Source: Minisyncoccota bacterium (GTDB lineage: Bacteria > Patescibacteriota > Minisyncoccia > UBA6257 > 02-FULL-45-10c). From it: a stretch of 64,000 bases of DNA. The stretch is taken from positions 6,510-70,509 of the forward strand of contig DATDXY010000001.1 in the NCBI GenBank assembly GCA_036517155.1. Reading direction: 5' to 3'. Below the pieces are notes generated by a model that saw only the letters and a list, made by a program, of their open reading frames with translations, had not been told where the DNA came from and did not search any database. Numbering within the stretch: the first letter of the stretch is position 1; every line of letters begins with the position of its first letter. Shown here piece after piece: positions 18,879-25,731 of the stretch. The position numbers were made by a program, and so were the translations under genes.

Positions 18879-20114
18879 ATGCCATATAATAATCGCCAAT
18901 CGTTTACGTTGCTGGAGTTGCTGATTGTTATTGGAATTTTGGGTATTCTGGGAATTATTGTCGTTTTGGTGCTAAATCCGGCGGCCCTCTTTTCTCAAGC
19001 GAGAGACGCTAATCGGATATCGGAAATACTAAGTATCAATAAAGCGATTAAAATTTATCAAACCTTAGGCGGAACTACTGGTGGGGTATCAGATACCGTA
19101 TACATCTCTATTCCCAGTAATTCCGCGACGTGCGTCGGTTTGAATTTGCCTACTTTGCCTGCTGGTTGGTCATACCAATGCCAAACTCAAGATAATTTCC
19201 GAAAAATGAATGGTACGGGTTGGATTCCGATTAATTTCACTACTATCTCCGCTGGATCGCCTTTCGCTACTCTGCCGATTGATCCGATCAATGACGCAAC
19301 AAAAAATCTGTACTATGCCTATATAGACGGCGGTGGAGTCGTTCCAAGTTATGAAATTCTCGCTACCTTAGAATCGGAAAAATATCTTCAAGACAGCTCC
19401 TCCAAAGATGGCGGTACCGATCCAACGAAATATGAAGAAGGAACTAATTTAATTTTATGGGCCGAGGCCTCCGGTTTGCTTGGTTATTGGCCATTTGACG
19501 GCAATGCCCAAGACAGCTCCGGTAACGGATACCATGGTTCAATTATTGATGTTGGACCGCCATCGCCAACTTTTATAACCGGACAAATAAACCAAGGACT
19601 TAACTTACCAGGAATATTCTCCCGAGTCGATGCTGGACAGTCCTTGCCCATTCTTGGCCTAACAAAGGCCACGGCATCTTTCTGGATTAAATTTAATACT
19701 TTGCCAAGCATTGCCGGGAATCCTTTTGCTCTTATGGGGCGTTGGACTGGTAACGATGCAAGTCGAGTATTTGGGATTTTTATTCGAGATCCAAACACAA
19801 CAGCAATGGCAACCGATAATCCAACTCAAAAGATTTCTTATCTAGCCATTCCCACCCTCCAAACCGGACAATGGTACCATTTTGCTTATACTTATAATGC
19901 CGGTAATGGTAACTTTTATATTGATGGTGAAAATATCGGCGCTTTTTCCGGCCTAGACGCATCATTACGAATTTCTGCCCCTAGCAGTAGCTTCACTATT
20001 GGCGCTGATTCCGAGCCATATGGACCATCTAATGCGACTTTTGACGATGCAAGATTCTATAACCGATTGATGACTGACCAAGAAATTCAATCGATATATT
20101 TGTCCGGAAAATAG
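18879..20114 (+). CDS. Type IV pilin-like protein with C-terminal LamG domain (paralogue of 4778..5989)
   Basis: QSFTLLELLIVI; GLLGYWPFDG...WYHFAYTY...DDARFYNR. Confidence 0.85.
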   Translation: MPYNNRQSFTLLELLIVIGILGILGIIVVLVLNPAALFSQARDANRISEILSINKAIKIYQTLGGTTGGVSDTVYISIPSNSATCVGLNLPTLPAGWSYQCQTQDNFRKMNGTGWIPINFTTISAGSPFATLPIDPINDATKNLYYAYIDGGGVVPSYEILATLESEKYLQDSSSKDGGTDPTKYEEGTNLILWAEASGLLGYWPFDGNAQDSSGNGYHGSIIDVGPPSPTFITGQINQGLNLPGIFSRVDAGQSLPILGLTKATASFWIKFNTLPSIAGNPFALMGRWTGNDASRVFGIFIRDPNTTAMATDNPTQKISYLAIPTLQTGQWYHFAYTYNAGNGNFYIDGENIGAFSGLDASLRISAPSSSFTIGADSEPYGPSNATFDDARFYNRLMTDQEIQSIYLSGK

Positions 20115-20123
20115 TTTTACAAG

Positions 20124-20158
20124 AAAATGCCCCCGATAAATATCGGAGGCATTTTTTT
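20124..20158. terminator. Bidirectional terminator (CCCGAT...RTYGGA hairpin family)
   Basis: AAAATGCCCCCGAT-AAAT-ATCGGAGGCATTTTTTT. Confidence 0.75.
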
Positions 20159-20170
20159 ATTCTTTCCAAT

Positions 20171-20932
20171 TTACAAATTCTGGCCCTGATCAATTAGCAA
20201 AGTATCACCGCTGGTCATGGTATTCGTACACGCTCGCAATACCGACATTGTAAACTGCTGAACTGCTTCATCGTCAGTCATTGGCACTTTCAAGGGTGAT
20301 TCCTTCCTAACCTGTTGCCACTCCTCTTCTGGAATATGCGGCGGCCGCAAAATCGGACCGGGAGCAATAGAATGAGTATGAATCCCTCGCTCAGCTAACT
20401 CCACCGCAAGCACTTCAGTTAGATTCGCAGCCGCGCCTTTGGTGACCTGATATGGAATATATCCTTTATATTTCCGGCCAACATAGGTGCGGTCGGTAAT
20501 ATTCACGATATGCGAACCTTTCGGAAAATACGGCAATAATTGCTGCACCATCCAGAAAAAACCCAGAACGTGCACACCGAAATTTTCCAGCCATTCCGTT
20601 TCGTCAACCCGCTCAATGGCATTAGGTTTAAAAATTGACGCCATATTTACCAGAAAATTAATCTCCGGAAACTGCTTCGTAATTTCTGCCACCGCGCTTT
20701 GCACTGATTCTTGCTTACTAACATCCACCTGCACCGCCATCGCGCGTACACCTAATGATTTTGCCAAACTGACAATTGCTTCCGCCTCCGCCGCTGAACT
20801 GCGGTAGGTTGCGATAATATTCACTCCCTGTTCCGCTAACGCCCGCGCTACTGTTTGCCCGACTCGCTTGCCGCCGGTAATTACGGCAGTTTTATTTTTT
20901 AGCGTACTATAAACTTTTTCTAGAATTGTCAT
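20171..20932 (-). CDS. SDR oxidoreductase, pteridine reductase/FolM-like
   Basis: ITGGKRVG (Arg-containing Gly motif), LVNMASIF, VNITD, YxxxK (YQVTK) and IAPGPI; SD AGGAGG at 20938-20943. Confidence 0.8.
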   Translation of the reverse strand: MTILEKVYSTLKNKTAVITGGKRVGQTVARALAEQGVNIIATYRSSAAEAEAIVSLAKSLGVRAMAVQVDVSKQESVQSAVAEITKQFPEINFLVNMASIFKPNAIERVDETEWLENFGVHVLGFFWMVQQLLPYFPKGSHIVNITDRTYVGRKYKGYIPYQVTKGAAANLTEVLAVELAERGIHTHSIAPGPILRPPHIPEEEWQQVRKESPLKVPMTDDEAVQQFTMSVLRACTNTMTSGDTLLIDQGQNL

Positions 20933-20990
20933 AATTCCCTCCTGATTATTTAGAATCCATCTTAATCTGTTCCTAGCATATCATATCTTT

Positions 20991-21030
20991 TAAAAATAAA
21001 AAGCGGTCCAATATTCATCGGGCCGCTTTT
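20991..21030 (-). terminator. Intrinsic terminator (CCCGAT...RTYGGA hairpin family)
   Basis: Minus strand AAAAGCGGCCCGAT-GAAT-ATTGGACCGCTTTTATTTTT. Confidence 0.7.
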
Positions 21031-21370
21031 AATTAAGATAGGTTCTAGATGGATTGAGAAAAGGAAGCAATTTCTCCACCGAATCCACCGTGTAATCAAA
21101 CTCTAATTGATGCAAGCATGCCGGGCATACAAATGCTCGGCGAAAGCCAGGCAATTCTCTGATTACACATTGTTGCGGACACAAAATCGTATCCAAACAA
21201 GACGGATCCAAACGAGTTACATCTAAACGGGAGATGTGGTAGATCGAAAATTGGCTTAAACTCATTTTGAACAATTCAATTTTGCTTTTGTTCCAAAACT
21301 GGTCCACTGCGTACAAAAGCCATGCGTCTTTCTGAGAAAGCAACATCAGGGCTTGGTTATCTAGATTCAT
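21029..21370 (-). CDS. Orphan protein with CxxxC...CxxC motif
   Basis: CPQQC...FVCPAC; AAGGAGG at 21375-21381; TTGACT(21438-43)-17-TACGCT(21415-20). Confidence 0.65.
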   Translation of the reverse strand: MNLDNQALMLLSQKDAWLLYAVDQFWNKSKIELFKMSLSQFSIYHISRLDVTRLDPSCLDTILCPQQCVIRELPGFRRAFVCPACLHQLEFDYTVDSVEKLLPFLNPSRTYLN

Positions 21371-21443
21371 AATCCCTCCTTTAATTTAGAAGGCGTTATC
21401 AAGATGCTTTATTGAGCGTAGATAAAATTTTTCCAATAGTCAA

Positions 21444-22139
21444 TTATTTTATATATACCACGTCTTTCCTTTCTACTACGATTTCCCAACCGAATTTTTT
21501 CGCGCGCTGGTATAATTTTAAATTAGGATTGAAACAAATCGGCCGATCCACTAACTTTAAAAATGCAATGTCGCTTTCTGTATCGCCGACGCCAATGGAA
21601 TTTTTCAGCGTAAGATTTTCTTTTTCCAATGCCCGTTGTAAAATTTTTGCCTTATCGGAAATCATATCCAAATAAATAATTTCTCCGGTATAAGCGCCAT
21701 TCGGCCCGATTTCATACAATCGACCGTAAACTTTATCAAATCCATATCGCCGGCAGAATTCATCCAAAATTTCTTTAGGAGAATTAGAAATCGCCAGTAA
21801 AAAATAACCGCGTTGCTTCAAAGATCGGATTAAATCTCGCGTATAACGATAAACTCGATCTTGGTGAAAAGCGACAACTTTCTTTACTACTGCCGAAAAA
21901 TCTTTGTGCCGGATCCCCTTAAGGTACCGTAGAAAAACTTCAACTACCGCATCAATATACTTATCATAGCTATCTTTACGCTCCAACCAGGCCTGGTAAG
22001 CGTTCTGATACTGTTTTCTTGCCTTGGCTGGGAAAACCCCTTCTTGGATTAAACCGTCAGTAATTTCAATTAATAGGCTGGAGCGGAAGATGGTGCCGTC
22101 AATATCAAAAATGGCTACTTTTCGAGGTTTTTGAGGCAT
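21444..22139 (-). CDS. HAD-IB family hydrolase (SerB-like)
   Basis: FDIDGT motif I, ISNS, K, GDTESD and FNP. Confidence 0.9.
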   Translation of the reverse strand: MPQKPRKVAIFDIDGTIFRSSLLIEITDGLIQEGVFPAKARKQYQNAYQAWLERKDSYDKYIDAVVEVFLRYLKGIRHKDFSAVVKKVVAFHQDRVYRYTRDLIRSLKQRGYFLLAISNSPKEILDEFCRRYGFDKVYGRLYEIGPNGAYTGEIIYLDMISDKAKILQRALEKENLTLKNSIGVGDTESDIAFLKLVDRPICFNPNLKLYQRAKKFGWEIVVERKDVVYIK

Positions 22140-22194
22140 ATTTCCCCATTATTTTAACCCCTCCCCGATAAAATAGCCATCATCTCTCGACCTA

Positions 22195-22264
22195 TTGACA
22201 GATTATCTATTTTTGTGATATAATATATGGTAAATAAGATACATCCTCGAAGGGGGTGTTTTTT
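22195..22264 (+). promoter_or_regulatory. Consensus promoter followed by a terminator-like hairpin in the leader
   Basis: TTGACA (22195-200) - 18 nt - TG.TATAAT (22219-24); ACATCCTC-GAA-GGGGGTGT-TTTTT at 22241-22264. Confidence 0.6.
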
Positions 22265-22292
22265 ATTAAATCCCGCAGACGGGGTAAATTAA

Positions 22293-22757
22293 ATGAAAAA
22301 ATATATGAATCAGAACAAATGGATCAAGGGCATTGCCAGCGGCGCCTTATCCTTAGTGCTTACTTTCAATACTCCGATTGCGGTAGCGAAAGATATCAGC
22401 GCTTTGGACAGTATCGAGTCGCTCATCGCGCAAACCTCAATTACTGCCGGAGCACCACTTCATAGCCGAGGCACAAAAATGACAGTCACTGTCACCGCCT
22501 ATTCTTCTACCGAAGACCAAACGGATGATTCTCCGTTTACCACTGCTTCTAATAAGCAAGTGACGGACGGCATCGTGGCGGCAAACTTTTTGCCTTTCGG
22601 CACTAAACTGCAAATTCCCAAGCTTTTCGGAGACAAGGTATTTGTTGTGGAAGATCGGATGCATAATCGTTTTGGCGATCGAGTGGATATCTGGTTCGCC
22701 GATCGAGATACTGCCACCAAATTTGGCAAACGCACCGCGGACATCGTAATCCTTTAA
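22293..22757 (+). CDS. Secreted 3D-domain protein (peptidoglycan-related)
   Basis: Signal peptide; TAYSS...QTD..PF.TA, LPFGT, VEDRM and VDIW. Confidence 0.85.
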   Translation: MKKYMNQNKWIKGIASGALSLVLTFNTPIAVAKDISALDSIESLIAQTSITAGAPLHSRGTKMTVTVTAYSSTEDQTDDSPFTTASNKQVTDGIVAANFLPFGTKLQIPKLFGDKVFVVEDRMHNRFGDRVDIWFADRDTATKFGKRTADIVIL

Positions 22758-22792
22758 AATAATAAAACCGCCCTAAAGGCGGTTTTATTATT
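22758..22792. terminator. Bidirectional terminator
   Basis: AATAATAAAACCGCC-CTAAA-GGCGGTTTTATTATT. Confidence 0.8.
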
Positions 22793-23241
22793 TATTCAAG
22801 AATTAATTCAATTTCATCTTTATCCCTCATTATATAATTTCCTAATGTGTCATTGGGAATACCATTGACTAACATCCTAATTTTTTCCCCCGATGCAATG
22901 CAAGTATCTACCAAACATTCCGATGTTAAAGATTTACCCCATACTTTGAAAAAATTTTCCAGGCGCAGATTACTTTCCCGTACAACACCGGAAAATTCCA
23001 AATGAATAATGTTGTCTAAATCATGGATATGGATTGCATTTTCCACTGGCTGTAATCCGACTCCTAATGGGATTATGACTTGTTGACCTCGAATTTTAAT
23101 AGATAGGTGCGGATGCCAATGGATACCAGTGCGAGAAATCATCCCAGGACCAATATCCGCAGAACGATTCCAGATCATTATGCCAACTAATAACGCTATA
23201 AATGCAATAGAAAGCGTCCAGCCATTTACTATTTTTGCCAT
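22792..23241 (-). CDS. Membrane-anchored protein with HxH...HxHD...HxE putative metal site
   Basis: N-terminal TM; IHWHPHL, IHIHD and IIHLE. Confidence 0.75.
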   Translation of the reverse strand: MAKIVNGWTLSIAFIALLVGIMIWNRSADIGPGMISRTGIHWHPHLSIKIRGQQVIIPLGVGLQPVENAIHIHDLDNIIHLEFSGVVRESNLRLENFFKVWGKSLTSECLVDTCIASGEKIRMLVNGIPNDTLGNYIMRDKDEIELILE

Positions 23242-23281
23242 ATTGAAATTGATTGTATCATATTTTTCCTAATTTTAAACT

Positions 23282-23306
23282 AAAAACCATCCTCGCGGAT
23301 GGTTTT
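23282..23306 (-). terminator. Intrinsic terminator
   Basis: AAAACCATCC-TCGC-GGATGGTTTT. Confidence 0.7.
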
Positions 23307-23313
23307 AGTTGTC

Positions 23314-23538
23314 TTATCGAGGCATCATTGGGCCGCTCATGCTTCCCGCGCTGCATTCCTTGCAGTTATTCTTGTGGGTTGCGACCTCATAAATTGCCGC
23401 TAAACCAACCAAGATATAAATAATTTGAGAAATTGCCGGACTTAAAAACTCGCCAATTCCAAAATTAAATGCGGTTGCCAACCAATTCAAGCCACCAATC
23501 ACTAACAAAATAAAAGAAATTTGATGTACAATCTTCAT
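23314..23538 (-). CDS. DUF378-like small membrane protein
   Basis: LLVIGGLNW...IYILVGLAA, HKNNCKEC; start taken at ATG 23538. Confidence 0.85.
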   Translation of the reverse strand: MKIVHQISFILLVIGGLNWLATAFNFGIGEFLSPAISQIIYILVGLAAIYEVATHKNNCKECSAGSMSGPMMPR

Positions 23539-23599
23539 AAGATTACGTTTATTACACAAAACTCGACCTTTATACAAAGCTTACCTATAGTATATCATA

Positions 23600-23986
23600 C
23601 TAACTAAACCATTCTCGGATGGATTTCGGCCAACCCCGAAGCAATAACAACGAAAGCGGCGCTCCCCAATTCGCCCAGCGTTCAATGAAATCCCATATTG
23701 GTTCCCCCACTAAAGGGCGAACCAGCGCTGTCCAGAATCCCCAAAAAGCTGCCCACAAAAGCACGGCCTGAATTGGTTTTATCAATACAATCAGCGCTAT
23801 CAAGATATCTACCAATCCCACCACAAATATAAATGTTGTGGCAAATGAAATATCCATTCCGGTCAGCTGGCTCACCCAGCCAATCCACTGTTTCTTTCCT
23901 TGCAATGCAAAAACGCCATGCCCGATAAACTCTCCAGCCACCGCAATCCGCAACACCCACTGAATAAGTTTTGAATTATCAATCAT
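23600..23986 (-). CDS. DoxX-like membrane protein
   Basis: LRIAVAGEFIGHG...ERWANWGAPL. Confidence 0.7.
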   Translation of the reverse strand: MIDNSKLIQWVLRIAVAGEFIGHGVFALQGKKQWIGWVSQLTGMDISFATTFIFVVGLVDILIALIVLIKPIQAVLLWAAFWGFWTALVRPLVGEPIWDFIERWANWGAPLSLLLLRGWPKSIREWFS

Positions 23987-24013
23987 AAGATTTAATATTA
24001 ATTTTATCTTTAT

Positions 24014-24493
24014 TTAACCAAGCAATTTCCGCAGCACCGGAAAACGGGAACAAATTGGCAGATTACTGCACCAAGTTTCCAATCCCCAAACTCTACCGGC
24101 GGAAAATGCCGTCAAGATGAGCAATGCCATGATATACATAATGTGTTCATCCACAATATAGGCGTGCGCATTCGGATACGGAAAATCCAAGATCACCAGA
24201 TAATACATCGCCATCAAGAATATTCCGCCAACCGAACCGAGCCGCACGAATAGGCCCAGCACCAAAGCAATCCCTAACAAGGTCAATCCCCAGGCATTTA
24301 AGAAATTGATAATTGGCAATATATTCGGTTGCAGCAGCCAATTATAAAAATCAACGAAATTTTTTGCACCCCGAATATAACCGCCGGCCGACCAAGCCGG
24401 ATTCATTACTTTCGTGATGCCGGCATAGAAAAAAAGCGATCCCATAGCAATCCGAAGCAGAAATAACGAAATTTTTTGAAATTGAGTATACAT
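24014..24493 (-). CDS. DoxX / TQO small subunit (DoxD)-like membrane protein
   Basis: LLRIAMG..FFYAG..K, GL..R and IVDEH. Confidence 0.8.
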   Translation of the reverse strand: MYTQFQKISLFLLRIAMGSLFFYAGITKVMNPAWSAGGYIRGAKNFVDFYNWLLQPNILPIINFLNAWGLTLLGIALVLGLFVRLGSVGGIFLMAMYYLVILDFPYPNAHAYIVDEHIMYIMALLILTAFSAGRVWGLETWCSNLPICSRFPVLRKLLG

Positions 24494-24520
24494 ATTTATT
24501 TTATTTTAATCGCGACCTTT

Positions 24521-25723
24521 TTATTCGGAATCATAAATTCTAATTAACTCATTAAATTTAATTAGTCGCTCCTTTATTGGCGCCCCTATTTTTACGCCAT
24601 GGGCTCCGCTAGCTTTCGCTAGTTGAATAATAAATGAATCTTCGGTCTCGCCAGAACGGTGGGATATGATTGTTTTTATATTATGGTTTTTTGCTTTCCG
24701 GATTGCATCGCAGGTTTCACTAACGGTTCCAATTTGATTCGGCTTAATAATCACGCCGTTGATTAACTGATCTTTCGCATATTGCTCAATTAAAGACCCA
24801 TTGGTAGTGGTTAAATCGTCCCCAACTATCAATTTATTTTTTACTTGGGACATCAGCAATCGGAAACCCTCATAGTCCTTTTCCGCAAATGGATCTTCCA
24901 GAGAAACCAATAAATTGGATTTCTTTGCATAACTTACATAGATTGCAACCAATTGATTGCTAGTCAATAATTTCCCGCCAAACTGATATTTTCCTTTTTT
25001 ATAAAAACTGGAAGCAGCACAATCTAAACCGATTGACCATTCTTGATTTAAGTTTTCTTTTTGAAGCAGTGTTTCTAAAATTTTAATTGGTTCAAAATTA
25101 TCGGTAAAATCCAGCGAGTAACCGCCTTCATCACCAATTGGTAAATTTTTTACTTTGTATCTCTTTTTTAATACTTCCCCTAGTTTTTTATAAAAAGCCG
25201 TGAGTTTTCCAACGGTTTCACTGAAAGAATGGGAAGATCTGGCCACTACCATATATTCTTGAATGGCCAAATTATTCTGAGCGTGTTCGCCACCGTTAAT
25301 TAAATTAGAAAAAATAATCGGTTTTCCCAAAAATGTTTGGCTGCCAAAAAACTCCCGATTCAAATACACCTCTACGCTTTGTCTTTTGAAATCTGCCATT
25401 GCTCGAGCAAAAGCAATAGAAATTCCCAATAACACGTTACCTCCTAATTTGGATTTATTATTCGTTCCGTCTAATTTTTTTAAGAAATCGTCTAACTCTT
25501 GGACAGAGGAAAAATTTCGATTCTGAATTTGTTTTTGAATGACAGCGACTACAGTTTCCGCTTGCGCATATTCCAATACTACCGCCTCATTACTGCCCCG
25601 GCTCTTTCCGGAGGGCACCGATCCCTGAAATATTCGTCCGGATTCACTGGTTAATTCCATTTCAATAGTTGCCTGGCCGCGGGAATCAAAAATTTTTCGG
25701 ATAGCAAGTTGTTGGATTTTCAT
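24521..25723 (-). CDS. eno: Enolase
   Basis: DSRG, INGG.HA, GDEGG, EDPF, VGDDL, KPNQIG and SHRSGETED motifs. Confidence 0.95.
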   Translation of the reverse strand: MKIQQLAIRKIFDSRGQATIEMELTSESGRIFQGSVPSGKSRGSNEAVVLEYAQAETVVAVIQKQIQNRNFSSVQELDDFLKKLDGTNNKSKLGGNVLLGISIAFARAMADFKRQSVEVYLNREFFGSQTFLGKPIIFSNLINGGEHAQNNLAIQEYMVVARSSHSFSETVGKLTAFYKKLGEVLKKRYKVKNLPIGDEGGYSLDFTDNFEPIKILETLLQKENLNQEWSIGLDCAASSFYKKGKYQFGGKLLTSNQLVAIYVSYAKKSNLLVSLEDPFAEKDYEGFRLLMSQVKNKLIVGDDLTTTNGSLIEQYAKDQLINGVIIKPNQIGTVSETCDAIRKAKNHNIKTIISHRSGETEDSFIIQLAKASGAHGVKIGAPIKERLIKFNELIRIYDSE

Positions 25724-25731
25724 ATCATTAA

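Noticed and set aside
22187-22193. AGGTCGA upstream of the HAD gene (also GAGGTCG in the 62868 terminator)
   Set aside because: Upstream of the likely -10 or inside a terminator stem, so not counted as leader-motif instances
22281-22285. GGGGT before the 3D-domain gene as an SD
   Set aside because: Weak match that forms the 3' arm of a hairpin; not included in the AGGAGG class
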